64,000 nucleotides of DNA from an uncultured Chitinophaga sp. GTDB taxonomy: Bacteria; Bacteroidota; Bacteroidia; 2-12-FULL-35-15. Location: positions 45,729 through 109,728 of the forward strand of contig CAZJUY010000003.1 of assembly GCA_964549315.1 (NCBI GenBank), read 5' to 3'. Of the stretch, positions 9,457 through 19,838 are shown one piece after another. Position numbers and translations under genes: made by a program. Below the pieces are notes generated by a model. That model was not told the DNA's origin, did not search any database, and saw nothing but the letters and a program-made list of their open reading frames with translations. How positions within the stretch are numbered: the first letter of the stretch is position 1; each line of letters begins with the position of its first letter.

Positions 9457-10905
9457 TTAGTTTTCTAACATTTGTTTTACCAATTCTGTTGCCACTTTCG
9501 GGTCAGCTTTTCCTTTTGATAATTTCATTACTTCTCCCATAAACAAGCCTAACAGATTTGTTTTTCCTCCTTTGTATTCTGTTACTTTTTCTGGGTATTT
9601 TGCAATCGCTTGTTTTACAAATTCCGTTAATGCACCAGTATCACTTTCTTGCACCCAACCATTTTCTTCTGCAATTTGAGATGGCGTTTTATCCGTTCCC
9701 TCTAACATAACAGGAAATATTTTTTGAATTGCAATTGTATGACTTACTTTTCCTGAATCAATAAAATCAACCAACTGAGCAATACGTTCTGGTGTAACTT
9801 TAAAATCAGAGATATGAATTGCATTGTCATTCAAATAAGATTTTACCTGAACAGTAAGCCAATTAGCTGCTGCTTTTGTATTTTTTGTTTTTGAAATTAT
9901 TTCTTCGAAGTACAAAGCAATTTCTTTGCTATCTGTTAAAACCCCTGCATCATATTCTGACAATCCCAACGAAATATATTTCATCAATAAATCATTTGGC
10001 AAAGGAGGTAAAGTGCTTTTTACTTTTGCGATATATTCTTGTGAAACAATTACTGGTTGTAAATCTGGTTCAGGAAAATAACGATAATCATTCGCCATTT
10101 CTTTACTACGCATAATAAATGTAGTTCCTGCAACTGCATCAAAACTTCTTGTATCTTGTGTTATTACCTCTCCTTTTTCAATTGCCTCTATCTGGCGCTT
10201 TATTTCAAACTCTATAGCACGTTGTACATTACGTATAGAGTTCATGTTTTTCACCTCTGTACGTTTACCAAATTCTGCAGCTCCTTTTAAACGAACAGAA
10301 ACATTGGCATCACAACGCAAACTACCTTCTTCCATATTTCCATCACAAATTTCTAAGTAGCGAACCAACTTACGGACTTCAGTTAAATATTTGTAAGCTT
10401 CCTCTCCACTTCTTAAATCGGGAGCACTTACAATTTCCACAAGAGGAACACCAGCACGGTTTAAGTCTATTAAAGTATCAAATGGATCAATATCATGAAT
10501 GCTTTTTCCAGCATCTTCTTCCATATGAATCCTAATTAAATTTATTTTTTTCTCAGAACCATCCGTTTGTTTAATTGAAATATATCCTCCTTCACAAATT
10601 GGGGTTTTATCTTGTGTAATTTGATATCCTTTTGGCAAATCGGCATAAAAATAATTTTTACGAGCATACTCATTTACTTCTCGGATAGTACTTTTGCATG
10701 CTAAACCTAAACGAACAGCATACTCAATTACTTTTTTGTTTGATTTTGGCAATGTTCCTGGATGTCCTAATGTTATTGGACTGATATTGGTATTTGGTAA
10801 AACACCATATTCAGTGGAATCACTTGAATACGCTTTGCTTTTTGTTAATAGTTGAGCGTGAACTTCTAAACCTATTACTGCTTCGTATTTATCGTAAATA
10901 CTCAT
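9457..10905 (-). CDS. gatB: Asp-tRNA(Asn)/Glu-tRNA(Gln) amidotransferase subunit B
   Basis: 482 aa; characteristic N-terminus MSIYDKYEAVIGLEVHAQL and GatB/YqeY C-terminal domain. Confidence 0.93.
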   Translation of the reverse strand: MSIYDKYEAVIGLEVHAQLLTKSKAYSSDSTEYGVLPNTNISPITLGHPGTLPKSNKKVIEYAVRLGLACKSTIREVNEYARKNYFYADLPKGYQITQDKTPICEGGYISIKQTDGSEKKINLIRIHMEEDAGKSIHDIDPFDTLIDLNRAGVPLVEIVSAPDLRSGEEAYKYLTEVRKLVRYLEICDGNMEEGSLRCDANVSVRLKGAAEFGKRTEVKNMNSIRNVQRAIEFEIKRQIEAIEKGEVITQDTRSFDAVAGTTFIMRSKEMANDYRYFPEPDLQPVIVSQEYIAKVKSTLPPLPNDLLMKYISLGLSEYDAGVLTDSKEIALYFEEIISKTKNTKAAANWLTVQVKSYLNDNAIHISDFKVTPERIAQLVDFIDSGKVSHTIAIQKIFPVMLEGTDKTPSQIAEENGWVQESDTGALTEFVKQAIAKYPEKVTEYKGGKTNLLGLFMGEVMKLSKGKADPKVATELVKQMLEN

Positions 10906-10980
10906 TTTTTATTTTAAAATTTTAAAGCGTGAAGATACAAAAAATTAACAACAGTATTTTTGACTAAACTTCCATTTGTC

Positions 10981-11024
10981 AAATAAAACAACAACCCTTC
11001 TGAAAGCTAGTTTCAAAAGGGTTG
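10981..11024 (-). terminator. Rho-independent terminator after the DUF1573 gene (stem caaccctt/aagggttg, then T-run on the minus strand)
   Basis: Hairpin at 10992..11024 with ttgttttattt following on the minus strand. Confidence 0.55.
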
Positions 11025-11048
11025 AAGAGATATTAATTAACTACTTTT

Positions 11049-11498
11049 TTATTTTTTCTCTGCTGGAGCAGGAGTACCTTCTGCTGGAGTTGGATCTGGT
11101 TTTACCACACCTTTAATTTTTAATACTTTACTTGGAGTATCAGCATTTGAAGTAATAGTAACTGTTTTTTCAAACTGCCCTACTCTATCTGTTGCATAGT
11201 GAACTTTAATAACAGCAGTAGCGCCTGGTTTAATTGGTTCTTTTGGCCATACAGGAGTTGTGCAACCACATGAACCAACTGCATTTGTAATAATTAAAGG
11301 TTCTTTACCAACATTTGTAAATTTAAATTCACGGTCACCATTTGCATTATGCTCAATCGTTCCGTAATCAATTACTTCTGATTCGAATTTAAATTTTGCC
11401 GCATTAGGATTAACTGGATTTGGTGTTGTTGTTTCTTGTGCATTAGCTGCTACTGCAACACACACAAATAATCCGATTGATAAGATTGCTTTTTTCAT
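11049..11498 (-). CDS. DUF1573 domain secreted protein (149 aa)
   Basis: Signal peptide; conserved GSCGCT block. Confidence 0.75.
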   Translation of the reverse strand: MKKAILSIGLFVCVAVAANAQETTTPNPVNPNAAKFKFESEVIDYGTIEHNANGDREFKFTNVGKEPLIITNAVGSCGCTTPVWPKEPIKPGATAVIKVHYATDRVGQFEKTVTITSNADTPSKVLKIKGVVKPDPTPAEGTPAPAEKK

Positions 11499-11535
11499 TT
11501 TTGTTGGTTTTTTAATTGATTTTTTATTTTGTTAG

Positions 11536-12006
11536 TTAGTGTTTTTCATAAGGAATTGCTCCATCATCTTTTTTTCCGTTACTTGGAAAAGCTTCTTCAA
11601 CTGGAGCAGGTGATACAGTACCTTTAATTGTAATCACTTTTGAAGGTGTTTTTGCATTTGAATTAACTGTTACGGTTTTAGTAAAAGCACCAGCGCGTTT
11701 TGTATCATATGTAACTTTAATGTATTCTACTTGCCCTGGTTTTATAGGTATATTTTTAGGGTATGTAGGTACCGTACAACCACAAGAACCATGAGCTTCA
11801 GAAATAATCAAGGGATCTTTTCCAGTGTTTTTGAATCGAAACTCATAGGTTCCATTACCTGCATATTCAATTGTACCAAAATCGTGAACCTCTTTATCAA
11901 ATGTAATTTCAGCATTGCTTGTAGGTGCTGCTGCTGCTGTTTCTTGTGCATTAATTGCAAAAATGCTTAACAAAATTGTTCCAAAAGTAAGTACTGTTTT
12001 TTTCAT
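11536..12006 (-). CDS. DUF1573 domain secreted protein, tandem paralog of the previous gene (156 aa from the internal start MKKTVLTF)
   Basis: Same GSCGCTVP block; the track's longer 225-aa ORF overlaps the valS start, so the internal ATG at 12006 (signal peptide) is preferred. Confidence 0.7.
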   Translation of the reverse strand: MKKTVLTFGTILLSIFAINAQETAAAAPTSNAEITFDKEVHDFGTIEYAGNGTYEFRFKNTGKDPLIISEAHGSCGCTVPTYPKNIPIKPGQVEYIKVTYDTKRAGAFTKTVTVNSNAKTPSKVITIKGTVSPAPVEEAFPSNGKKDDGAIPYEKH

Positions 12007-12107
12007 GATATAAAATTGAATTTTTAATGTTTTTATTGTTCCAATTTCTTGTTTCGAAATTAGCCAAAATCGTGCCATATTCTGAATTTTAAGAAATTTA
12101 TTTTTAG

Positions 12108-12115
12108 TAAATTTG
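12108..12115 (+). promoter_or_regulatory. Bacteroidetes-type -7 promoter element TAaaTTTG upstream of valS
   Basis: Matches the TAnnTTTG consensus ~40 bp upstream of the ATG at 12157. Confidence 0.35.
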
Positions 12116-12156
12116 TCGTCCTTAAAATAAAGCACAAACGAAGTAAGTAATAAATT

Positions 12157-14835
12157 ATGGAAATTCCAAAAACATACGACCCCAAAAGTACCGAGAACAA
12201 ATGGTATGCTCATTGGCTAAAACATCAATTCTTTAAATCAACACCAGATGACCGTGAGCCCTATACAATTGTTATCCCACCACCAAATGTTACGGGAGTT
12301 TTACACATGGGGCACATGCTTAACAATACCATCCAAGATGTGTTGATTCGTAAGGCGCGTATGCAAGGAAAAAATGCTTGTTGGGTTCCAGGAACCGACC
12401 ATGCTTCTATTGCTACAGAAGCTAAAGTAGTTTCTTTATTAAAAGAAAAAGGTATTAAAAAATCGGATTTATCACGTGAAGATTTTTTGAAACATGCTTG
12501 GGAATGGAAAGAAAAATACGGTGGAATTATCCTAAAACAACTAGAAAAATTGGGGGCTTCTTGTGACTGGGACAGAACCCGATTTACAATGGAGAACGAT
12601 TTAAGTGAAGCAGTTATCGATGTTTTTATTGATTTATATAATAAAGGACATATTTATCGTGGGGTAAGGATGGTAAACTGGGATCCAGTTGGACTCACTG
12701 CTGTTTCGGATGAAGAAGTACAATACAAAGAAAAAGATAGTCAGTTAGTTTATATAAAATACAAAATAAAACACACCCCTAGCACCTCTCAAGAGGGGAA
12801 TTCGGATGAGTACATTACCATTGCCACTACCCGACCAGAAACAATTATGGCGGATACCGCAGTTTGTGTTCATCCTGAAGATGAAAGATATATTCACTTA
12901 AAAGGGAAAATGGCAATTATTCCTCTTATCAATAAAGAAGTGCCGATTATTTTTGATGATTATATTGATAAAGAATTTGGAACGGGCGCATTAAAAGTAA
13001 CTCCTGCTCATGATATCAATGACTATAATTTAGGAATAAAACACAAATTACCTGTTGTTGATGGCTTAACAGCTGATGGAAAAATTAGCGAGGCGGCTCA
13101 AATTTATGTTGGAATGGACCGCTTTGCATGTAGAAAACAAATCATCAAAGATTTGCAAGAGCAAGGTTTTGTTTCAAAAATTGATACTATTAAAAACAAA
13201 GTTGGGCACAGTGAAAGAACAGATGCCGTCATAGAACCTAAATTATCAATGCAATGGTTTTTGAAAATGGAAAATGTTTCGAAACCAGCTTTGGAAAACG
13301 TATTGAATGGAAACATCAATTTAATTCCTGAAAAATTTGTAAACACTTACAAGCATTGGATGGAAAATGTTCACGATTGGTGTATATCCCGTCAGTTGTG
13401 GTGGGGACAACGAATTCCAGCATGGTATGATGGAAAAGGAAATACGGTTGTTGCAAAAACAATTGATGAAGCATTTGAAAAATTAAAAACTCAAAATTCA
13501 GAAGTAAAAAAAGAAAACATTTCTCAAGATGAAGATGTTTTAGATACTTGGTTTTCTTCTTGGTTGTGGCCACTAACAGTTTTTGACCCTAAAGTAATTC
13601 AGAATGGTTGGGACAATGCAAACAAAGATTTGAAATATTATTACCCAACAAATGATTTGGTTACTGCACCCGAAATTTTATTTTTCTGGGTTGCCCGTAT
13701 GATTATTGCTGGTTATGAATATACAGGACAAAAACCTTTTACAAATGTTTACTTAACAGGAATTGTAAGAGATAAGCAAGGAAGAAAAATGAGTAAATCA
13801 TTGGGTAATTCACCTGACCCAATTGATTTAATTGAAAAATTTGGAGCAGATGGAGTACGTGTTGGAATGATGCTTTGCTCGCCAGCTGGTAACGATTTAC
13901 CATTTGATGAAAGTTATTGCGAACAAGGAAGAAATTTTTCAAACAAGGTTTGGAATGCTTTCCGATTAATTCAAGGATTCGAAGTTGAAGAAGTAGAACA
14001 ACCAAAAATAAATTCTACAGCAGTTGAATGGTTTGAAAATAGATTTAACGAGCAGCTTATTGAGATTAATGATTTATACTCTAAATACAGAATGAGTGAA
14101 GCATTAATGACAACTTATAAATTGGTTTGGGACGATTTCTGTGCTTGGTATTTAGAAATGATAAAGCCAGAATTTGTTGATGGCAAAGCAAAACCTTTGG
14201 ATAAGGCAACTTATGATGCAACAATTCTTTTCTTCGAACAAATACTTAAAGTGATGCATCCTTGGATGCCTTTTATTACCGAAGAAATTTGGCATTTGAT
14301 AAAAGAGAGAAAAGATAAGGATTGTATCATTATTGCTGAATGGCCGAAAGAGAAAAATGCATTTAACAAAGATATTTTATTGTATTTTAATCAAACACAG
14401 TCTGTTATTTCTCAAATTAGGAATCTTAGAAAACAAAAAAACATTTCTCCAAAAGAAAAATTAGATTTATTTGTTTTAGAAAAAGAAATTATCCCTGCTA
14501 ACTACCGTTTTTCAGACGTATTTATTAAACTGTGTAATTTATCCAAGGTAGAAGGAATAAAAGAACGAATGGAGAGTACGTATTCTTTCTCGGAAAGAAA
14601 GGATGAATACTTCATCCCTCTTCCTAACAATATAAATATAGATGAGGAACGTGCCCGATTAACAAAAGATCTAGATTACAGCATCGGCTTTTTAAAATCT
14701 GTTCAGATGAAACTTGCAAATGAAAAATTTGTAAACAATGCCAAACCTGAACTCATAGAAAACGAACGCAAAAAGCAAGCAGATGCAGAAGCAAAAATAA
14801 AGGCAATTGAAGAACAGCTTGCATCATTAAAATAA
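12157..14835 (+). CDS. valS: Valine--tRNA ligase
   Basis: 892 aa; HIGH-type motif (PPPNVTGVLHMGHM), KMSKS, C-terminal coiled coil. Confidence 0.95.
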   Translation: MEIPKTYDPKSTENKWYAHWLKHQFFKSTPDDREPYTIVIPPPNVTGVLHMGHMLNNTIQDVLIRKARMQGKNACWVPGTDHASIATEAKVVSLLKEKGIKKSDLSREDFLKHAWEWKEKYGGIILKQLEKLGASCDWDRTRFTMENDLSEAVIDVFIDLYNKGHIYRGVRMVNWDPVGLTAVSDEEVQYKEKDSQLVYIKYKIKHTPSTSQEGNSDEYITIATTRPETIMADTAVCVHPEDERYIHLKGKMAIIPLINKEVPIIFDDYIDKEFGTGALKVTPAHDINDYNLGIKHKLPVVDGLTADGKISEAAQIYVGMDRFACRKQIIKDLQEQGFVSKIDTIKNKVGHSERTDAVIEPKLSMQWFLKMENVSKPALENVLNGNINLIPEKFVNTYKHWMENVHDWCISRQLWWGQRIPAWYDGKGNTVVAKTIDEAFEKLKTQNSEVKKENISQDEDVLDTWFSSWLWPLTVFDPKVIQNGWDNANKDLKYYYPTNDLVTAPEILFFWVARMIIAGYEYTGQKPFTNVYLTGIVRDKQGRKMSKSLGNSPDPIDLIEKFGADGVRVGMMLCSPAGNDLPFDESYCEQGRNFSNKVWNAFRLIQGFEVEEVEQPKINSTAVEWFENRFNEQLIEINDLYSKYRMSEALMTTYKLVWDDFCAWYLEMIKPEFVDGKAKPLDKATYDATILFFEQILKVMHPWMPFITEEIWHLIKERKDKDCIIIAEWPKEKNAFNKDILLYFNQTQSVISQIRNLRKQKNISPKEKLDLFVLEKEIIPANYRFSDVFIKLCNLSKVEGIKERMESTYSFSERKDEYFIPLPNNINIDEERARLTKDLDYSIGFLKSVQMKLANEKFVNNAKPELIENERKKQADAEAKIKAIEEQLASLK

Positions 14836-14859
14836 TAATTTAAACTAAAAACAAAAAAA

Positions 14860-15138
14860 ATGGCAAATCGCAGAGAGATTAAAAGAAACATCAATGGATT
14901 ATTAGGAGACGTTATTGAAGAATGTTATGAATCGCTATTGAACAATGAAGGCAAAAACGAAAAGGAAGTAGAAGCTTTAGTTGATAATTGTGTTGATTTA
15001 GCAGATGAATTAATTACAAAAGTCAACAGTGCAAAAAAATTAAAAACCAGAGCTGAAGTAAAAAAGCTGTTTTCGGAGGTGAAAGAAACATTGGGTGATA
15101 ATGTTATTGACTATATCGAAAAACTAAACGCACTTTAA
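14860..15138 (+). CDS. Small hypothetical protein of 92 aa, probably co-transcribed with valS
   Basis: ORF 24 bp after valS, followed by a terminator. Confidence 0.5.
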   Translation: MANRREIKRNINGLLGDVIEECYESLLNNEGKNEKEVEALVDNCVDLADELITKVNSAKKLKTRAEVKKLFSEVKETLGDNVIDYIEKLNAL

Positions 15139-15163
15139 AATATAAATTGTGTTAAAAATGAAG

Positions 15164-15200
15164 GAAGAGAAAGCTATATTGGCTTTCTCTTCTTATTTTT
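15164..15200 (+). terminator. Rho-independent terminator (stem gaagagaaagc/gctttctcttc, loop tatattg, then T-run)
   Basis: Perfect 11-bp stem followed by ttattttt. Confidence 0.7.
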
Positions 15201-15242
15201 GGTAATGTCACACTATTCGTTGAATATATTCGTTAGATAACA

Positions 15243-15842
15243 ATGAACAAAAAATATTTTTTATTTTTTTTATCAATTTCTATTTTTTTATTCTCTTTAA
15301 AAGTTGACAAAAAAACTTTTGAAAGACTGAAAGCAAAATCAACTGAAGCAAAAGCATTTTGCATAAAAAATAATTACAATTCTGAGTTTTGCATTCTTAT
15401 AGATATGAGTCTTCATTCAGGCAAACAAAGAGCATTTTTATGGGACTTTAAAAAAGATACAATTTTATATTCTGGAATGTGTGCACATGGTTGTGGAAAT
15501 AAACCGTGGGGAGAAACTCAAACAAAAGAAAAACCAACATTTAGCAACACTCCAGATAGTCATTGTTCTTCATTGGGCAAATACAAAATCGGAAAACGAG
15601 GATATAGCCAATGGGGAATTAATGTAAATTACTTATTGCATGGCTTAGAATCGAGTAATAACAATGCCTTGAAACGACAAATCGTTTTGCATTCTTGGGC
15701 AGATGTTTCAGAAAAAGAAGTTTACCCTGAAGGAGTTCCTGAAGGCTGGGGATGCCCAGCAGTAAATAATGAATTTATGAAAAGTGTAGATTCAAAGCTA
15801 AAAAATTGTGAAAAACCAGTATTACTTTGGATTTTTAATTAA
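15243..15842 (+). CDS. Putative murein L,D-transpeptidase catalytic-domain family protein (YkuD_2-like), 199 aa
   Basis: N-terminal TM/signal; conserved His and Cys blocks (LHSWADVS...GWGCPAV); family assignment is by recollection and is weak. Confidence 0.45.
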   Translation: MNKKYFLFFLSISIFLFSLKVDKKTFERLKAKSTEAKAFCIKNNYNSEFCILIDMSLHSGKQRAFLWDFKKDTILYSGMCAHGCGNKPWGETQTKEKPTFSNTPDSHCSSLGKYKIGKRGYSQWGINVNYLLHGLESSNNNALKRQIVLHSWADVSEKEVYPEGVPEGWGCPAVNNEFMKSVDSKLKNCEKPVLLWIFN

Positions 15843-15863
15843 TGTTTGTATGGTTAATTTAAT

Positions 15864-17840
15864 TTGCTTTATTTTTGGTATGTGATAAATAGATACTCAC
15901 TTTTTATAGCTCTACTTTTTTCATCACTTATTTGTTTTTCTCAAAACGATAAGATTGACTCTCTATTAAATCTACTTTCCACAACTAAAAATGATTCTGA
16001 AAAAACTAGAATATTACAATATCTGTCTATTAATTATGAATCAGTAGATCGACTTAAAGCTTTTGAGTACGCAAATAAAGCCTTGACTTCCGCTCAAAAA
16101 TTTCAACAACAAGAAAAAATTGGAGAATGCTTAAACTTTCTAGGCGATTTATATTGGTTTTCTGGAGACTTTACAACTTCAACTGAAAATTATATTAAAG
16201 CACTAGGCATTTATGAATCTCTTCAAGATGAAGAAGGAATGGCAATCTGTTATCGAAATATCGGGTGGATTTACCAAGGTCAAAAAAATTATAATCTAAC
16301 AATAACATATTACTTTAAGGCTTTAGAAATAAATGAACGACTAGGTAAAACTAGAAACCTATTAGCAAACTACGATGATCTAGGCATCGTTTACAAACTA
16401 AAAAAAGATTATACAAAAGCAATAGAATATTGTAACAAAACATTAGAATTAGGAAAAAAACTAGAATCTAGCAAAGGTATTGCTACTGGATATGGGAATC
16501 TAGGTTCTATTTATTATGAAATGGGAAAATATGATGATGCAATAAAAAATTTCGAACTATCAAACATTATTTTAGCCAAAAACAGAGATTTTTACAACCT
16601 AGCAGAAGGGTATAATGGAATTGCAGAGTCTTTTTTAAGACAAAAAGAGTACAACAAAACAATCGAATATGCAGCAAAAGCTCTAAACATAGGAATAGAG
16701 AACGACTTTAAAATTGTAGCATCTTCTGCTTACTTTAAGCTTGCAAATGCCTACTCACAAAAAAAAGAATTTGCTAACGCATATAAATATTTAGAACTAT
16801 TTTCTCAATTGCAGGATTCTACCTATAATGAAAAAAATAGTCGACAAATAAATGAAATGTCTGCAAAGTATGAATCAGAAAAAAAAGAATTACTAATTTC
16901 TTCCTTGGAAAATGAAAAAGCATTAAGCAATGAAAAACTAGCTCAAGAAAAAAAATTCAAACTATACTTGATCGTTTTTTGTTTAATGGTTGCAATTTTT
17001 GCTTTGTTTTTGTATAGAAACATAATTCAAAAAAAGAAAGCAAATAATGCTCTTTCTGAAGCATACAAACAAATTGAAGTAAAAAACAAAGACATTACTG
17101 ATAGTATAAATTATTCAAAACGAATTCAGGAAGCTATACTTCCACCAGAAAAATTAAAATTCAAATTATTTAATGATATTTTTATTTTATACAAACCAAA
17201 AGATATTGTAAGCGGAGATTTTTATTGGTATTCTGAAAAGGATGGAAAAAGATTAATTGCAGCATGTGATTGTACCGGACATGGAGTTCCTGGGGCATTA
17301 ATGAGCATGATTGGAAACAACCTCTTAAATCAAATTGTTAATGAAAAAGGGATTACGTCTCCCGATGAAGTATTGTATCAATTGAATTATGAAATAAAAA
17401 AATCTTTAAAACAAAATGAAAATGCAGAAACCAAAGATGGAATGGATTTAGCTTTTGTCTGTTTTAATAATGATAACGAAATTGAATTTTCAGGGGCTCA
17501 ACGTCCACTATGGATAGTAAGAAACAATGAATTAAGAGAAATAAAAGCTAACAAACATTCTATTGGAGGCATCCAAAATGACGATAATAGGCAATTTGAA
17601 AAGCATAAAATAAGTTTGCAAAAAGGAGATTCTATTTATTTATTTACGGATGGATTTGTTGACCAGTTTGGAGGAAATGAAGGAAAAAAATTTATGAGCA
17701 AGCGATTTAAGGAAGTTATTATCTCCATTCACACAAAAACTATGAAAGAACAACAAGCTATTCTGGAAAACACATTAAACGAATGGAAAGGAAATTTAGA
17801 GCAAGTAGATGATGTTTTAGTAATTGGCATTAAAATATAA
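15864..17840 (+). CDS. TPR-repeat sensor with a TM helix and a C-terminal PP2C-type SpoIIE/RsbU-like serine phosphatase domain (658 aa)
   Basis: Multiple TPR units; TM segment LYLIVFCLMVAIFALFLY; phosphatase start motif SKRIQEAILPP followed by the SGDFYW...DCTGHGVPGALMS...FTDGFVDQ blocks. Confidence 0.8.
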   Translation: MLYFWYVINRYSLFIALLFSSLICFSQNDKIDSLLNLLSTTKNDSEKTRILQYLSINYESVDRLKAFEYANKALTSAQKFQQQEKIGECLNFLGDLYWFSGDFTTSTENYIKALGIYESLQDEEGMAICYRNIGWIYQGQKNYNLTITYYFKALEINERLGKTRNLLANYDDLGIVYKLKKDYTKAIEYCNKTLELGKKLESSKGIATGYGNLGSIYYEMGKYDDAIKNFELSNIILAKNRDFYNLAEGYNGIAESFLRQKEYNKTIEYAAKALNIGIENDFKIVASSAYFKLANAYSQKKEFANAYKYLELFSQLQDSTYNEKNSRQINEMSAKYESEKKELLISSLENEKALSNEKLAQEKKFKLYLIVFCLMVAIFALFLYRNIIQKKKANNALSEAYKQIEVKNKDITDSINYSKRIQEAILPPEKLKFKLFNDIFILYKPKDIVSGDFYWYSEKDGKRLIAACDCTGHGVPGALMSMIGNNLLNQIVNEKGITSPDEVLYQLNYEIKKSLKQNENAETKDGMDLAFVCFNNDNEIEFSGAQRPLWIVRNNELREIKANKHSIGGIQNDDNRQFEKHKISLQKGDSIYLFTDGFVDQFGGNEGKKFMSKRFKEVIISIHTKTMKEQQAILENTLNEWKGNLEQVDDVLVIGIKI

Positions 17841-17843
17841 TAG

Positions 17844-18605
17844 TTAAGCATATCCCATCATTTTATAAATAATATATCCAACAACTTCATGTATTAGATT
17901 ATTCCAATCGTTTAAGGCAGAAACATTAGGAATAAATAAATGATCAAATTCAAATTTTCTTGGCCCCGCATATCTATCAGTACTATAAGGCGTAACAATA
18001 AAGCCTTGTTTTTTGAAACAACCTAAACTTCTGCGCATATGAAATGCAGATGTAATCAACAAATAATCATTTTTTAATTGCAAAGAATCCACTATTGTTT
18101 TTGTAAATACAGCATTTTCTTTTGTGTTTTTAGATTCATTTTCTATCAATAAATCTTCTTCCAAAACACCCATTTTCAAAATGTAAGGCTTAAGTAATTC
18201 AGCCTCTTTCATCTCCGGTTTTAAGATTCTGCCAGATCCGCCTGTAAAAATTATTTTTTTGATTTTGCCTCGTTTATACAGATCAATTGTTTGAATCAAC
18301 CTATCCACTCCTCTATAAAATTGAACTCTATCAAGTTCTTCATCATTTACGCTCATACCACCAAGCACAATACCATAATCAAAGGTTTTTACGCTTTCGT
18401 AAGGTATGGCAGGAATTTCCCACAATCGAACAGCCTCATCAAAAATAAATGAATTGGTAAAAAAAAGCATTAATCCAAAAGCCCATTTCAAACATTTTTT
18501 TTTGCGCGTATCGTTTTTTGAAAAAACAGCAAAAAAAAGTAATCCAATCATCCAGGTAATTGGAGCAATTGTAAATGCTAATATTTTTGAGAAGATAAAA
18601 AACAT
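17844..18605 (-). CDS. DUF218/YdcF (SanA-like) family membrane-associated protein
   Basis: 253 aa; N-terminal TM; GGMS...FTGGSG...NTKENA blocks typical of DUF218. Confidence 0.65.
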   Translation of the reverse strand: MFFIFSKILAFTIAPITWMIGLLFFAVFSKNDTRKKKCLKWAFGLMLFFTNSFIFDEAVRLWEIPAIPYESVKTFDYGIVLGGMSVNDEELDRVQFYRGVDRLIQTIDLYKRGKIKKIIFTGGSGRILKPEMKEAELLKPYILKMGVLEEDLLIENESKNTKENAVFTKTIVDSLQLKNDYLLITSAFHMRRSLGCFKKQGFIVTPYSTDRYAGPRKFEFDHLFIPNVSALNDWNNLIHEVVGYIIYKMMGYA

Positions 18606-18661
18606 AAATTATTTTATTAACCAAAAATACAATTTTATTAAATGTAGTTTACCTTTGTTTT

Positions 18662-19705
18662 ATGTTTAAAGTTGTGCTCAAGTTTTTGTTTCATTTGTTG
18701 TTTGTGTTTTTCATGATGATTTGCCTTTTGTTTCATGAACTAATCATTTACGGAATTGAACAAGGGAAAGGTCAATTGAGAATTGTTACAGATTCAGAAC
18801 CCATAGAACAAGTGCTATCAAGTGCAGCTATAAGCGATAGCATAAAGCAAAAATTAATTTTAATTCAAGAAATAAAACAATTTGCAATTGATAGTTTAGC
18901 AATAAATCCGAGTGAAAATTATTCTACTTTTTATGACCAAACCAACAAACCAAAATTATTAACTATTTCAGCATCTGAACCATATTCCTTTACTGCAAAA
19001 GAATGGACTTTCCCATTTTTAGGAACCGTTTCTTACAAAGGATTTTTCAATAAAGAAAAAGCAAGAAAAGAAATTTTAAGTTTAAAAATACAAAACTATG
19101 ATATTGATGTTTACAGTCCTTCAGGCTGGTCAACATTAGGTTGGTTTAACGACCCAATTCTTTCTTCTATGTTAAAACGTAATGAAGGACAATTATCAAA
19201 TTTAATTATTCATGAGCTAACACACGGGACATTGTATGTAAAAAACAATGTAACATTTAATGAAAATCTTGCCAATTTTATTGGCGACAAAGGTGCGCAA
19301 CAATTTTTGATTTACAAATATGGTAACAATTCAAAAGAATATTTGGATTATGAAAAACGTAAAAAAGATGAAAAAACTTTCAATGATTATATATTGAATG
19401 GAAAACAAAAACTAGATAGTTTGTATAAGACTTTTTCTAAAATAGATAGTGAAGAAGTGAAAAAAGAGAAGAAAAAAACATTAATAATGCAAATCGTATT
19501 GGGAGTAAACAAACTTCAGTTAAGTAACAAAAAGAATTATTTCGAATACTGTTTACAAGCTTTTTCAGAAGGCAATGCTTTTTTTATGGCTTTTGATAGA
19601 TACGATTCACAATACGATAAATTTGAAAAAGAATACAAAGAGAACTACAATTCAGATTTGAAAAAGTATTTAAATGTATTAAAGGAAAAATATCCATCGT
19701 TGTAA
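18662..19705 (+). CDS. Putative HExxH zinc aminopeptidase (PF10023-like 'Aminopep' family)
   Basis: 347 aa; N-terminal hydrophobic segment; motif IIHELTHGTLY. Confidence 0.5.
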   Translation: MFKVVLKFLFHLLFVFFMMICLLFHELIIYGIEQGKGQLRIVTDSEPIEQVLSSAAISDSIKQKLILIQEIKQFAIDSLAINPSENYSTFYDQTNKPKLLTISASEPYSFTAKEWTFPFLGTVSYKGFFNKEKARKEILSLKIQNYDIDVYSPSGWSTLGWFNDPILSSMLKRNEGQLSNLIIHELTHGTLYVKNNVTFNENLANFIGDKGAQQFLIYKYGNNSKEYLDYEKRKKDEKTFNDYILNGKQKLDSLYKTFSKIDSEEVKKEKKKTLIMQIVLGVNKLQLSNKKNYFEYCLQAFSEGNAFFMAFDRYDSQYDKFEKEYKENYNSDLKKYLNVLKEKYPSL

Positions 19706-19751
19706 ATAATCAAATGGTATTATTAATACATTTGCAAATCTATTAACAAAA

Positions 19752-19831
19752 GCCCGGGTGGCGAAACTGGCAGACGCACCATCTTGAGGGGGTGGCGAGC
19801 AATCGTACGAGTTCGAATCTCGTTCCGGGCA
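19752..19831 (+). tRNA. tRNA-Leu (anticodon GAG) with a short 11-nt variable region
   Basis: Manual fold: acceptor GCCCGGG/TCCGGGC (one G-U), anticodon stem CCATC/GGTGG, loop TTGAGGG, T-arm ACGAG-TTCGAAT-CTCGT, discriminator A; no encoded CCA. Confidence 0.75.
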
Positions 19832-19838
19832 CTCAACT

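Noticed and set aside
9876-14894. Antisense or overlapping small ORFs inside gatB, the DUF1573 gene and valS (9876, 11731, 13104, 13316, 13739, 14703)
   Set aside because: All lie within strongly conserved housekeeping CDSs on the opposite strand.
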